From positions 32,001 through 96,000 of IMG/VR virus record IMGVR_UViG_3300015606_001334: 64,000 bases of DNA; one strand, 5' to 3'. This document shows, one piece after another, positions 53,953-64,000 of the stretch. This DNA is from a virus. Taxonomy: Duplodnaviria > Caudoviricetes. The first letter of the stretch is position 1, and the number at the start of each line of letters is the position of its first letter. The position numbers and the translations under genes are program-made. The notes under the pieces are model-generated. The model did not search any database. It was not told the DNA's origin and saw only the letters and a list, made by a program, of their open reading frames with translations.

Positions 53953-54359
53953 ATGATTGTTCCAGGCGGAAAATCATTTGGACTAAATTCGAAACGGTTT
54001 GGTTGATATGGTGGACAATAAGGGAAGTGATCATGAGGTTGTTTTACCTCGTCTTCCTTACGAATTCTGATGAGTTCTTCAAGTAGGTCTTTAGGAGTTG
54101 GCTTTGGTGCAGGTTTTTGTTGTTCTGCTTGCGGACAAACAAATACCGAATCCACCGATCTAATTGGAAAAATTTCGTAGAAAGCTCCATCTACCGCTAA
54201 GGCGATGTCATATAGAACCTTGTCAAGAGTGAATTGTACCTGAACAACCTTCGCCCGAACTGCAGATGCAGGATCGGTGGTTGTCATGGTTTTGAAATCG
54301 ATTTTATCAACGTTGGGTTGAAAGAGGACGATGTCCCCAATTTTGAATCTGCTATCCAT
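53922..54359 (-). CDS. hypothetical protein
   Basis: ORF track. Confidence 0.6.
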   Translation of the reverse strand: MDSRFKIGDIVLFQPNVDKIDFKTMTTTDPASAVRAKVVQVQFTLDKVLYDIALAVDGAFYEIFPIRSVDSVFVCPQAEQQKPAPKPTPKDLLEELIRIRKEDEVKQPHDHFPYCPPYQPNRFEFSPNDFPPGTIICDVSKLMRN

Positions 54360-54450
54360 ATTGTTCTTCTTTTTGAATAGATAATGGTTAGATTAAGTGT
54401 TGATTAAGTGTTTGATTTGAAACTACTATTCATCAATCTAACCTTAAAAT

Positions 54451-54484
54451 GAATAGATTCGTGAATAGATTCGTGAATAGATTC
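54451..54484. repeat. 12-bp tandem repeat GAATAGATTCGT x about 2.8
   Basis: Direct reading; adjoins terminator hairpin CAGGAGG/CCTCCTG. Confidence 0.85.
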
Positions 54485-54519
54485 AGGAGGAATGAAATCC
54501 CTCCTGATCTATTTAACGA

Positions 54520-55716
54520 TTAGTTGAACTCAGTTGCATTGCCCTTACGGAGCAGGTAATCTTCATTGATGCTCTTGAGGATGACGCGACCACCCATAGT
54601 CGGGATAGACGGATCCTTACGTTCCTTAGTCGGTTTCACGACACCGCCTTCGGAAATCTGAGTCGGGCAAACCACAGACTTGGTGTGATGAGTCAGCTCG
54701 AGAATCTTTTCCTTGCTGTATGGGCCCTTGTAGAGGACTGGACAACGATCGATTTCCATGATGTCGATGGCCCATGCGAAGGCATCTTCATCAAGGTAAC
54801 GACGAGCAGAACGTTCGCCAATGCAAATGTCGAAAGCACGGAAGAAGATTTCGCCTTGCTTAGCGCCGTAAGTCAAATCTTGTACCGCACCAAACACTTC
54901 ACCTTGAAGGATGAGCGGCTCAATGCTCTTGATTTCGCTAGTACCGAGCAAATGAACACGTAGCTTCAGTAGCTTTTCAAACAGATTGAACTGACGAGCA
55001 GCACGAACATAGACGTTGTTCTTGTTGGCTTCATTGTCCTTGAAGCACAGACCCTGCGCACCAAGACCCTTGGAAGCGATGAAGAAGTAAGCATCACCGT
55101 TACGGCTTTCTTCAGGACCAACGTAGAAATGATCGTCATTGTCGTACTTGTCCATACATGGGAGCAAGCCGATCTGGAAAGAAGTGCCATGCAGCTTTTC
55201 AGTGAAGATGACTTCTTCGCCTTCAACCAAAACGTCAGGATACTTCTTCAGATTTTCGATGTCGTAATCAACAGTCACACTCTGACCTGCGTTGTACACC
55301 TCGCCAGCCATGCCAACCGGAATCGGAGGTTCCCACTTGGTAATGCCAAGAAGCTCAGCAACGTCATCGCCGACGTTGAATTCACGGTCCAGTTGGCCGA
55401 GATACATGGCGATCTTGTTGACAGGGAAAACCAAACCTTGAGAAACTTCACCACGAAGCTTCACCGCCTTTACACGATCTCCCTTAGAACCAGCAAGAAG
55501 ACCCTTTCCTTCTGCTTCGCTCCAGTAACCAAAGAACTGAAGTTGATCTTCAGGGATAACTGCGGCTTCAGGGATGTAGGCGACCAGGTCACCAGTCTTG
55601 TAGAGGTCCTTGCCAACTACGCAACGGTAATCAGCGACTTGGGCAAGCTCCAACTTTTCAGCATTTGGGTGCGGAAGAATGGTAATAGGAACAACTTTAC
55701 ATTCAAAAGTACTCAT
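54520..55716 (-). CDS. RNA ligase, DRB0094 family
   Basis: N-terminal OB (HPNAEKLELA...LRGEVSQG); TEKLHGTS, GEVFG, FDI, EGGVVK, LKSINEDYL. Confidence 0.9.
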   Translation of the reverse strand: MSTFECKVVPITILPHPNAEKLELAQVADYRCVVGKDLYKTGDLVAYIPEAAVIPEDQLQFFGYWSEAEGKGLLAGSKGDRVKAVKLRGEVSQGLVFPVNKIAMYLGQLDREFNVGDDVAELLGITKWEPPIPVGMAGEVYNAGQSVTVDYDIENLKKYPDVLVEGEEVIFTEKLHGTSFQIGLLPCMDKYDNDDHFYVGPEESRNGDAYFFIASKGLGAQGLCFKDNEANKNNVYVRAARQFNLFEKLLKLRVHLLGTSEIKSIEPLILQGEVFGAVQDLTYGAKQGEIFFRAFDICIGERSARRYLDEDAFAWAIDIMEIDRCPVLYKGPYSKEKILELTHHTKSVVCPTQISEGGVVKPTKERKDPSIPTMGGRVILKSINEDYLLRKGNATEFN

Positions 55717-55773
55717 CGGAATTTCTCCACATAAAAGACAAATTATACACTTTGTCTACAATTTTGTAAACTG

Positions 55774-56790
55774 TCAGAGGATTTCTTTTAGGACAGAGAT
55801 GAATCGGTCCGCAGTCAAGAATTTGCTGCAATTTGCATGACCGTGATAGCAATTCTCAAAGTTCCAATAATTGGAGCGCCAGCGAGATTCGCAACCAATG
55901 CATTCAATTTCAGCAGTCAATGCGTATGTTTTACCCTCTTTTCGAATTGGGATTCGATGTTCAGGGGCAACTGAAGTGTAGCCACAGACGATAGGAACAT
56001 TTGTCGTTCCAGCCAAATGAATCGGCCCACTATCAACACCGCAAACCGCCTTACATTCCTTAAAGATTGCAGCAAGAGCTAGAAGAGTTGTCTTATTACG
56101 AAGGTCAACTCCAAACTCTGAAAGATCATTTGGGAGAGAAGTTTTCGGCTTTTGAGCATCAGATAGATTTTGATCCATGTCCGTTTTACCAACAAACACT
56201 GGAATTAGACCTTGAGATTTGATCCACTTAGCGGTCTCAAGAATCGATTCGTTTCTCCATGAGCGAGTTTCATCTCGATACGACGAAACCAAAACTACAG
56301 CCTTAGAGAAATCAACATTGAACTTCGAAAGATCAATTCTGCTAGTGTCAAGTGGAACGTAGCTCAGACGATCATGAGGAATTAGTCGATCAGCGAAGAT
56401 CAAGCTCGCATAATCGGTAAGGTGCATGCTCTTTGGCGTAATTCGAACGAGTCGTGGCTCGACTTTTCGATTGAGAGTACCTACAGCATATTGCGGCGGA
56501 ATTCCCCAAAAGTTGTCCTTCTTGTCAAAGTCAAGATAGTTCTCATCAGGAACGAATTGGAACAAGTCTCGGAACGACATTTTACCGACCACAAGATAGC
56601 TCTTAGGATCGGTATAGTGGTTGTCAATCATATACTTAACAACTGCAGTGGCGGCGATCACGTCACCCATTGCGAAGGTGTTAAGCATAAAGCAGAAAGA
56701 ATCGAGAGTCCTCATCTCTCTAATTCTTCCTGCTTCGGTTATCTCTGATGGAGTTTTAAGGTGTATGAATGGAGTTAGTTGCTGTGTCAT
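55774..56790 (-). CDS. glycosyltransferase, GT9 (heptosyltransferase-like)
   Basis: MGDVI, DLRNKTTL..LAA, GVDSGPIHLAG. Confidence 0.85.
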   Translation of the reverse strand: MTQQLTPFIHLKTPSEITEAGRIREMRTLDSFCFMLNTFAMGDVIAATAVVKYMIDNHYTDPKSYLVVGKMSFRDLFQFVPDENYLDFDKKDNFWGIPPQYAVGTLNRKVEPRLVRITPKSMHLTDYASLIFADRLIPHDRLSYVPLDTSRIDLSKFNVDFSKAVVLVSSYRDETRSWRNESILETAKWIKSQGLIPVFVGKTDMDQNLSDAQKPKTSLPNDLSEFGVDLRNKTTLLALAAIFKECKAVCGVDSGPIHLAGTTNVPIVCGYTSVAPEHRIPIRKEGKTYALTAEIECIGCESRWRSNYWNFENCYHGHANCSKFLTADRFISVLKEIL

Positions 56791-57248
56791 TATTCTGCGA
56801 TGGTAGGCGTCATCTTGATCGGGATAGTCCTACCTTGAGGGAAAGTTTGGGAGCGAACTGCATACTGCTCACCATCAAGTTCATAAACTACTTCGAAACC
56901 GCCATAAGTGGGTTCGTAAGTCTCAATTGCACGACAGTTAGGTTGGATGCTTTGATCGTTGTCATAAGCATTACCAACAGCCACACCAATTGCGGTTCCA
57001 CCAATTTGTGCTGCCGTACGGCCCTTACCCTTACCTACGTTGCTACCAATGAAGAGGCCAGTGAGGCCGCCGACGATCTTTCCAACAAAGGAATTTTCTT
57101 CGTGATACCCAGCGGAACCACCACATTGTTGCTTGATCACCTTGACATTGTCGGTCAACGGAGTAACCGAAACAACATTGGCATAACGAACTTCTTGGGC
57201 AGAAGCGTTGAAAGAAATCAATGCAACGAGGATAAGCAGCTTTTTCAT
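56790..57248 (-). CDS. glycine-zipper 2TM protein (YcfJ-like)
   Basis: Signal peptide; GKIVGGLTGLFIGSNVGKGKGR..A..GG. Confidence 0.85.
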   Translation of the reverse strand: MKKLLILVALISFNASAQEVRYANVVSVTPLTDNVKVIKQQCGGSAGYHEENSFVGKIVGGLTGLFIGSNVGKGKGRTAAQIGGTAIGVAVGNAYDNDQSIQPNCRAIETYEPTYGGFEVVYELDGEQYAVRSQTFPQGRTIPIKMTPTIAE

Positions 57249-57312
57249 GATTACTCTCCAATAAATTAGGTTAATTTGGATTATAACCTAATTTCTGGGA
57301 AAGTAAACAAGT

Positions 57313-57990
57313 TTATTTTGGCGTAAAGAACGAATTTGCGAAGGTGTTCTTGGCCATGGTCTCGAAGGCGCGATACTGCTCTAGAAGAGTAGTCACATAA
57401 CGCTCGGACATTCGATCGAAAATCATCAGGTTTTCGGTGGTAGCGAACTCTACCAAGTTGTTGACGATTTCAACACTGCTTCGAGGTTCAAGGGCAAGCT
57501 CACCAGTCACGTCACCATACTCGAGCATGACTTTCAATTCATTCTTTCGAGCAAGGTGCTGCATTGCCTTGTTTTCGCTTAGACAGTAAGTGTAGATTCG
57601 CTTTGCACCCAATGCCTTAGCATGGGCAATCGCCTTTTTGAACAGCTTGTCAGCATATCCATTTTTGCGATGATCTTCGCGGACACTCAGACCGAATTCG
57701 TATGCGCTCTTGTCCTTACCATGAGTTGCCATATGAAGCACTGCAACGATGTCGCCATGATCGTCAAAGACCGCAAATACACAGTCACCATCCTTGATTT
57801 GGTCTTTGACGTAATGGAAGATTCGCTCATCTGGAAGATTTGCACCGAATCGTAGACGACGATCATCATCGTTCAAGCTAAGGAAGTGGTCCATGAGTTT
57901 GAACTCATAAACTCTCTTGTCAATAAGATGCACTTTGCCTGCCTTTAGCGAATTAACAGCTGTAGCAAGTGCTTCACCTGGATTATACAT
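57313..57990 (-). CDS. GNAT acetyltransferase
   Basis: DRRLRFG, EFGLSVREDHRKNGYA, CLSENKAMQHLARK. Confidence 0.85.
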   Translation of the reverse strand: MYNPGEALATAVNSLKAGKVHLIDKRVYEFKLMDHFLSLNDDDRRLRFGANLPDERIFHYVKDQIKDGDCVFAVFDDHGDIVAVLHMATHGKDKSAYEFGLSVREDHRKNGYADKLFKKAIAHAKALGAKRIYTYCLSENKAMQHLARKNELKVMLEYGDVTGELALEPRSSVEIVNNLVEFATTENLMIFDRMSERYVTTLLEQYRAFETMAKNTFANSFFTPK

Positions 57991-58226
57991 TACTTCACTA
58001 CCTCTTTCATTGCGTTTTGAACAGCAAATTGAACTATCTTTGCCCCTTCAAGTTTGCCACCTTGATAAACTGATTGGATGAACTTGTCTAGCAGAAAAGC
58101 TGTCGTAAAATCTGGAAGTTCAAATGAGATTTCTTGTCCATCATTAGGATAGAAAAACGTCACCTTACCGGATTTTTGGTCAGGGTCCGAAGACCCCAAC
58201 CATTGCATACTCGGCGCAATAGACAT
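57990..58226 (-). CDS. hypothetical protein
   Basis: ORF track, coupled. Confidence 0.6.
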   Translation of the reverse strand: MSIAPSMQWLGSSDPDQKSGKVTFFYPNDGQEISFELPDFTTAFLLDKFIQSVYQGGKLEGAKIVQFAVQNAMKEVVK

Positions 58227-59389
58227 TATTCCAAGTTTCCTGCGTGGATGCGAAGAGTGTCAACTTCAACACCAACCCAAGGGATCGCGATACCCATGTA
58301 CTGACGGATAACGGCATCATCAGGAACATTCTTGTCAGTACGTGAATGCTGACGAGAAAGGATCTGATCCTTGGAAGCAGGGAACATGACAGCTTCAACA
58401 CGATAGCCGCGCTTCTTCGCTTCTACGACGAACTTAGTACGAGCCTTACGAGACGTGTTGGTGTTATCCACAACGATAGAATCGTAGTTCTTGATGTGCT
58501 TAATGAACTCAACATCAGCGTAATGACCAAACTCGCTACGATGACCGTCGCAGTAGGTCCAAGCCTTGTGGTACTCATCAGCAGGAGACTTCGCCTTCGC
58601 CATGATTTCAGGGGCCTTCTTCTTCGTGAGTTCGATACGAATATCATCGAAGGAGTAATGCTTGAAACCAGCCAGGGTCAAAGCGCCAACTGAAGAAGAC
58701 TTGCCAGAACCAGAAGCACCAACCAAGATCGACAAAGTCGGAGCGTTGTCTTCAACTTGACGAGGCGGGTTGACATTGGCAGAGTTCATCATTTCGACGA
58801 AAGACTCGGTCTTGGCACGCTTAGTTTCGGAATCATCCGAAATACGACCATAAGTATCGCCGAGCAAATGATAACCAAAGCCAATTGCCGACTTACCAAG
58901 GTTGAACTCCATCGCAGTACGAAGGTAGTCCATCTTCTTGTCGTTGCCCATGTAGTCGTAAGGCAGATGGTTTTCAATCATCCACATGACCTTGTAAGCT
59001 TCTTCGACAGACAGCCAGTCCTTGAACAACTTGTAGTTGGTCACATAGTAGTCTTCCCACAGACGGGCAGAATACTGCTCATGGCCGTGGAAGGCGTCGT
59101 AATGGCCACGTTCAGGCTTGAACTTCACAACCTTGCAAGGCGGCTTGCCGGTGTCGTGGAAAAGCAGGGACAGGTAGGTGATAACGTAAGTGTCATCATC
59201 AATCAAAAACTGACCATGGAATTCGCCAACACGCTTGTTGAATTCGTAGCAAACCATTTCAGTATGGATCGCAACGGATTCTTCACGGTGCCAAGGAGAA
59301 TCTTCCTTGGTCTTAGCCATGGCGGCCCACAGAGGAGAGGTCTTCTTGAAGTGTTCAACGAATGAGGTGAGTGCAAGAATTTTTTGCAT
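58226..59389 (-). CDS. HD phosphohydrolase fused to P-loop polynucleotide-kinase-like domain
   Basis: SPWHRE..V.IHT, LLFHDTGKP, FHGHE; GASGSGKS, D, VVDNTN..R. Confidence 0.85.
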   Translation of the reverse strand: MQKILALTSFVEHFKKTSPLWAAMAKTKEDSPWHREESVAIHTEMVCYEFNKRVGEFHGQFLIDDDTYVITYLSLLFHDTGKPPCKVVKFKPERGHYDAFHGHEQYSARLWEDYYVTNYKLFKDWLSVEEAYKVMWMIENHLPYDYMGNDKKMDYLRTAMEFNLGKSAIGFGYHLLGDTYGRISDDSETKRAKTESFVEMMNSANVNPPRQVEDNAPTLSILVGASGSGKSSSVGALTLAGFKHYSFDDIRIELTKKKAPEIMAKAKSPADEYHKAWTYCDGHRSEFGHYADVEFIKHIKNYDSIVVDNTNTSRKARTKFVVEAKKRGYRVEAVMFPASKDQILSRQHSRTDKNVPDDAVIRQYMGIAIPWVGVEVDTLRIHAGNLE

Positions 59390-59537
59390 CTTGTTATTCC
59401 TTAAAAGTTAGCGCAATTATATCATGTCTTCTTTTGCGCGTAAACGTTTTTGTTTTCGGTTGGAATAAACTCTGAATCCTGCAAAACATGAAATCAAGTT
59501 GACGATTGGCAAAATGACAAAGACAAAAATTGCTACA

Positions 59538-60101
59538 TCAGTATCCATGAGAGTTTATCCATTGCAAGGCCTTGAAATATCCTTGTCTGTTTGCTTTCAC
59601 ATCAGCTAAAGCGTGGTGTTGTTTTGGTGAAGGATTCCTCAAGAAATATTCAAGGAATCCTTCATTGTACTGCTTCTTTGCGGTCTCAAAGAACCATTTA
59701 TAATCGGGTGTTTGCAACTCTGCGGCTTTATCTACAATTTGCTTATTGAGATAGGTGTGAAGCATTACTGGAGAAGTTGCAATATTCCCAGGAAGATCTT
59801 CAAGAAGATCCACTATGAGTTTCCAATCACCAGAAAAATCTGGGCAAAGAGCATACTCATCACCCAACTCCTCAAGCCAGCAGAAAAATCTTGCAGAAGC
59901 TTCTGACCTTGCCATACCGAATTTATCCAAATCGATCAATGGCTCTACGACATTTCGCACGAATTCACTTGAAGCTTTTCGATTGTAATCATTTAGCTCG
60001 CAGTAGAATTCATGCTTACCATCTTCAGTGATAGCACCAACTGAAATTAGGTCGGAGCCAATAAAGTCGGTAAACTCAGTGTCGACAAAACAGAGTTTCA
60101 T
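59538..60101 (-). CDS. DEDDh 3'-5' exoribonuclease-like
   Basis: FVDTEFTD, LISVG, DW, HHALADV. Confidence 0.85.
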   Translation of the reverse strand: MKLCFVDTEFTDFIGSDLISVGAITEDGKHEFYCELNDYNRKASSEFVRNVVEPLIDLDKFGMARSEASARFFCWLEELGDEYALCPDFSGDWKLIVDLLEDLPGNIATSPVMLHTYLNKQIVDKAAELQTPDYKWFFETAKKQYNEGFLEYFLRNPSPKQHHALADVKANRQGYFKALQWINSHGY

Positions 60102-60553
60102 TATGCTCTTAGAATATTTAACCCACTAGCGTTGATCACATTGCCAACCATTGTCGAGTACATCTTGTCGATCAAATTGGTATTACCATTCCCGTCGATT
60201 TCTTGGCATCCGTCATTGTCACCATTGACAATCAAACAACTCCCGTTTGGTGTACATTGAATGATATACACAGATTGGGTTTTGATTGTGACCTTCTCAA
60301 GGTTCGGACAGAAATGACCAAGGCGTTGGAAGAGGATGCGTTGTTCGATGATGTTCGTCCAGTTTTCTGGGAACGAAAGGAAAACTTCCTTCACATCAGG
60401 ACGCATCTCCATTTTGTCGAAGATCGAACGGAGAATGTGAGTTCCCATGTGAAGCTCATACTCGAGACTTTCATCGCGCATATGAGGACGACGATAGACA
60501 TAGACCTTCAAGTCTACTTTACGACCAAGGCCGAATACTTCATTGCACGACAT
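60101..60553 (-). CDS. hypothetical protein
   Basis: ORF track. Confidence 0.65.
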   Translation of the reverse strand: MSCNEVFGLGRKVDLKVYVYRRPHMRDESLEYELHMGTHILRSIFDKMEMRPDVKEVFLSFPENWTNIIEQRILFQRLGHFCPNLEKVTIKTQSVYIIQCTPNGSCLIVNGDNDGCQEIDGNGNTNLIDKMYSTMVGNVINASGLNILRA

Positions 60554-60712
60554 TTTTCTTTCCTTTCAACGGAATTCCAGCATCACAAAGAGGGCAATCA
60601 TGAATAGGCTCAGCCATTCGCTTGGCTTCTTCCAACGAGGTAATCATTGGCCAACCATAGTTCTCAGTCGGAAGAAAGCGAATCTTTGCGTTAGGAGGAA
60701 CGTCCCAGAATT

Positions 60713-61048
60713 TCATTTTTGTCCCTTTGGTTTGTCCCAATTGAACAGGTCCTTCGTCCTCTTTGTGATGTTCCATGCGAATCTTCCGTTTAAATGTGAA
60801 TGATCGTGAGTAGCCCATTGGCTTACTCGGAATTCGACGCCTTCGTATTTCTTACAGAGAACGCCTCGAATCGGACACAAAAATACCTCTCCATCAAGGT
60901 CATCGAGAAATTCTAGACAAACACCAACCCAAGCAATATCCTCTTCAGGGATAAACCCTCGAGCTATAAGACTATTAAACAAATCATTTGCTACTTTATT
61001 CGCATCCATTATCGGATCATCAACCAAAAGATAGAAGAAATGGTGCAA
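60713..61048 (-). CDS. hypothetical protein
   Basis: ORF track. Confidence 0.5.
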   Translation of the reverse strand: MHHFFYLLVDDPIMDANKVANDLFNSLIARGFIPEEDIAWVGVCLEFLDDLDGEVFLCPIRGVLCKKYEGVEFRVSQWATHDHSHLNGRFAWNITKRTKDLFNWDKPKGQK

Positions 61049-61248
61049 CCAGCGATGAAAAAGATGGTAGCAACAACAGCGTTAGTAACAAGCAGCTGCT
61101 TCTTCACAAATCCGTAGGCAAACTGATGGGCTTCATCTCGAGCCGCGGAAATGACTTTGTCCTTATGCTCATGAATCAGCGCGACTGGACTAAATCGCTT
61201 GGTCAACGTTCCTTTAAAAGCATCTGCAATCTTACCCATTTGTAACAC
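61009..61248 (-). CDS. small membrane protein
   Basis: C-terminal TM helix. Confidence 0.5.
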   Translation of the reverse strand: MLQMGKIADAFKGTLTKRFSPVALIHEHKDKVISAARDEAHQFAYGFVKKQLLVTNAVVATIFFIAGCTISSIFWLMIR

Positions 61249-61438
61249 CTTTGCTGTAAATTTCTTCTCCCAGTTTCGTCACTGAGAACATTTTGTTGCC
61301 GATAGATTGGATGAGCCCGCGTTGTTCCAATTTCTTGGCTCGAGTGAGCTCTTCTTGAAGAAAACGATACTTCGGTTCTTGACGAATGGTACAAATAATT
61401 GCCCACTCATCATTAGTCAAAGATTGGTCTTTAGGCAT
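61232..61438 (-). CDS. small wHTH-like hypothetical protein
   Basis: LEQRGLI...VTKLG. Confidence 0.55.
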   Translation of the reverse strand: MPKDQSLTNDEWAIICTIRQEPKYRFLQEELTRAKKLEQRGLIQSIGNKMFSVTKLGEEIYSKGVTNG

Positions 61439-62567
61439 TTGCGACCTTCAGAAAGTTTTCGATTGCAGCCACACGCGCTGCGCGGATTTTTGCGGCGATT
61501 TCCTTACCATTCTTCATACCCGCCGAGAGCGTAGTGCAGTCAACGGACAAAGCAGCTTCTCCGGCCTGGCGAATATGCGACATGCAGCGGAAAGCCATGG
61601 CAGCGTCGAAGTGAGAAGTCAAAGACCAGATTAGAGCACCCATAACCAGGCCGAAAGCCTTAGAATTCCGGATGAGACCCGCATCTTCCAAGAACTCCAT
61701 GACCTTTTCAGCTGGAGCAGTATCGATCGTGAAGATGCGACCACTCAACGCCCTGTAAGTTTTATGTGCGACTTGGAAATCCTTCGGGAACTTCATGTTC
61801 TGCATCGTATCGTCAGACCATTGACCGAAGAACGAGAACACTGCGAACTTGGAGGTAACGTCGAGCGCTTCGAAGCCAGAGATAAACTTGTCACTGCACT
61901 TCGAGATCGTTTCGATGTGCTTGCCAATTTCCCAACCAAACAGTCGGTCCAAAGCACCAGTCACATGAAGCGCGAGGATACCGCCGATGGAGTTCTTCTT
62001 TTCCATCAACAGTTTTTCGATTTCTACCCAGATACGTTCGCGAGTCAGGTGGTCCAGTTCACCAGAATCCACCAGCTGTTTCATCAGATCGAAGGTGGTG
62101 TGGTGAATCTCAAAGCCGTAGCGGGCTTTGAACCGAGCAACGCGCAGTACGCGCAGTGGGTCTTCTGCAAAAGCTTCGCTTACATGACGAAGTACTCCGT
62201 TCTTCAGGTCTTCTTGACCACCAAAGGGATCGATGATTTCGCCAGTTTCAGGGTCCATTGCCATCGCATTGATGGTCAAATCTCGACGACGAAGATCGTC
62301 TTCGATCGTCAAATCTGGAGAGGTGTAAGCCTCGAAGCCGTTGTAACCTGCGCCAACTTTGCGTTCGATACGAGCCAGGGCGTATTCGTCGCCAGTTTCA
62401 GGATGAAGGAACACAGGAAAGTCGGCACCAACACGTTGGTAGCCTTGAGCAATCAGACTTTCAACATCCTCAGCAGTAGCACCGACGATGACGTAGTCCT
62501 TGTCCTTTGGAACAAGACCAAGCAGGGTATCGCGAACGGCGCCGCCAACCAGGTAAGTTTTCATCAT
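61431..62567 (-). CDS. cca: tRNA nucleotidyltransferase (CCA-adding enzyme)
   Basis: [62 protein letters not shown]. Confidence 0.95.
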   Translation of the reverse strand: MMKTYLVGGAVRDTLLGLVPKDKDYVIVGATAEDVESLIAQGYQRVGADFPVFLHPETGDEYALARIERKVGAGYNGFEAYTSPDLTIEDDLRRRDLTINAMAMDPETGEIIDPFGGQEDLKNGVLRHVSEAFAEDPLRVLRVARFKARYGFEIHHTTFDLMKQLVDSGELDHLTRERIWVEIEKLLMEKKNSIGGILALHVTGALDRLFGWEIGKHIETISKCSDKFISGFEALDVTSKFAVFSFFGQWSDDTMQNMKFPKDFQVAHKTYRALSGRIFTIDTAPAEKVMEFLEDAGLIRNSKAFGLVMGALIWSLTSHFDAAMAFRCMSHIRQAGEAALSVDCTTLSAGMKNGKEIAAKIRAARVAAIENFLKVANA

Positions 62568-62713
62568 TTGAAAAATACCTCATTTATGATCAAACCGACG
62601 ATGATGATCATAGACATTGCGATAGATCCAAACGCAACCATAATCCGGCGGCCATATTGTTGTGGGGTAAGAAGTTTCATCGTCAGTTCTCCATCGAGTA
62701 TGTGATAATTATA

Positions 62714-63058
62714 TCACGTTTCTTCGGTTTGTAAACTGTTCTTGATCTTCTCAAGATGGTAGATTTGACGTTCGTAAATAGCCGTCAACAATCCGGAAAC
62801 CATTTTGTGTAGGGTTTCAAGACCTTCAAGATCAGTCGTGATGGTGATCGGAGTTACCGACTTGTCAACACTATCGACATCAGGATCGTAATGAGGGTTG
62901 TCCAATTGCGAGAAACGGATCTGTGCCGTCGGTTCTGTCGTAATTCCTTTGACATGACCGGAAAGCAGCACATCTCCGAATCCCATTACTACGTTGGTAC
63001 CGATAATTGCCATGCTTATCCTTCCAATTTGTTTTCTTTTGGAGCTTGGAACATCCAA
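62714..63058 (-). CDS. hypothetical protein
   Basis: ORF track. Confidence 0.55.
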   Translation of the reverse strand: MDVPSSKRKQIGRISMAIIGTNVVMGFGDVLLSGHVKGITTEPTAQIRFSQLDNPHYDPDVDSVDKSVTPITITTDLEGLETLHKMVSGLLTAIYERQIYHLEKIKNSLQTEET

Positions 63059-63714
63059 TGCTCGGTTGTCGTTACATGATTTGCTCGAACATACTTTGCG
63101 ACCGAGGTGCCATAGTCGTCGTAATGAAACTCTCCAGCTAGCCGCATTACCATGCCTTCTTGTACGCCACCGAGTTTACCAACTCCAGTGTAGAGGTCAA
63201 GTAGTTTTACCGAAGTCCCGTCTGCTTGCAGGATCGTTCCATCCTTTTGATAAATGCCTCGTGCAAGCAGTGGCACTAGGCTTAATCCAAGCTCAGCACA
63301 TAGTATTTCCATATCATCCCAGCTGTAGCAAACATTCCTGCGATCCCAGATAGCAAAACACAGGAAATATGCGGGAAGCTTATGATAGGCAATCGAGTGT
63401 TGAGCCACCATGTTCTCACCACAGATACGATGGATGTCTGCAAACTGAGGTTGATCAAGCTTCCACTTCAGCTCTTGTTGAAGTGCCCGCATCCGATCAC
63501 GAGACCAATGTGCTTTGGAATCGACTGAACGAGCATGGGTCTTCGTACGAGTATGAGTGGTGTTTTCACCATCAGCCTTCTCGGTTATCACGACTTCCTT
63601 GCCAATGAAATGATCCAAAGACTTCAGGACCTTATCATCCGAGGTTACACCGGGTGATTCTGGCATATGGAAGGTTCTGGAGAACTTTACCAAATCGTCA
63701 TCGTTAAGATACAT
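63016..63714 (-). CDS. RNA ligase-like (Rnl2-type domain)
   Basis: SRTFHMP.SPG..DD, TEKADGEN, CGEN, EGMVMR, AKYVR; early promoter at 63745-63774. Confidence 0.85.
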   Translation of the reverse strand: MYLNDDDLVKFSRTFHMPESPGVTSDDKVLKSLDHFIGKEVVITEKADGENTTHTRTKTHARSVDSKAHWSRDRMRALQQELKWKLDQPQFADIHRICGENMVAQHSIAYHKLPAYFLCFAIWDRRNVCYSWDDMEILCAELGLSLVPLLARGIYQKDGTILQADGTSVKLLDLYTGVGKLGGVQEGMVMRLAGEFHYDDYGTSVAKYVRANHVTTTEHWMFQAPKENKLEG

Positions 63715-63830
63715 GATTCCACCTGCTCATCTAAAATTTTGAGCATTATAAATCACTTTTCTGATTACGTAAACGAGTTTCGTGCCCGTATTATATAGCG
63801 GCGCCCCTGTAACGGAACGGGGAGAAAATT

Positions 63831-64000
63831 TTAGGTAAGGACTTTGTCTTTGACGTCGTCGAATTGATGGAGGGGAATTATAAAGATATGCTTCACGATC
63901 GACTGAAGATCTTCTTGAGTTAGTCTTTGCTGAAGCATGATGACACGCATCGCTGCATTCAGAAGATTGGTGATCGCGTTTTTAGTATCTACGCGGTAGA
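63831..64000 (-). CDS. 3' end of a gene entering from the right edge
   Basis: Open frame ...YRVDTKNAITNLLNAAMRVIMLQQRL...KVLT*. Confidence 0.5.
   Translation of the reverse strand, partial: YRVDTKNAITNLLNAAMRVIMLQQRLTQEDLQSIVKHIFIIPLHQFDDVKDKVLT

Noticed and set aside
54451-54484. CRISPR array
   Set aside because: 12-bp head-to-tail repeats without spacers; no CRISPR array seen anywhere in the window.
1-64000. Genome-wide TGA or TAG recoding
   Set aside because: Many clearly complete genes end in TGA (often ATGA overlaps) or TAG and coding density is high under code 11; only the RF gene shows an internal stop.

Overview
This 64 kb window comes from a large lytic dsDNA phage (jumbo/T4-superfamily-like regulation). 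Genes are densely packed and mostly on the minus strand. There are many T4-type early promoters (GTTTAC-N17/18-TA(T/C)AAT) and late promoters (TATAAATA), and a plus-strand tail-fibre block at 9.6-14.1 kb. The window encodes nucleotide metabolism and probable DNA-modification enzymes: a gp42-like dCMP hydroxymethylase, DHFR, kinases, MazG and Nudix. It also carries an unusually complete translation-rescue and RNA-repair kit: SmpB, ClpX, two Pth2-like proteins, an RF1-like release factor, Ro60, three RNA ligases, an HD/kinase, a 2H phosphoesterase and a CCA-adding enzyme. There are 18 tRNA genes, 16 of them in an array at 37.5-41.5 kb interspersed with structured ncRNA candidates. Best discovery candidate: the array is headed by an unannotated 47-codon leader ORF (41796-41653, minus) in which 28 of 29 consecutive codons specify only the ten amino acids carried by the downstream tRNAs. 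It is followed by mutually exclusive antiterminator/terminator hairpins and an rrn-type boxA, suggesting a ribosome-sensed attenuator that switches on phage tRNAs when host tRNAs are depleted. Second candidate: an RF1-like gene interrupted by an in-frame UGA at a Trp-equivalent position, alongside a phage tRNA-Trp with UGA-suppressor-like features. All calls come from reading the sequence by eye; no searches or folding programs were run.
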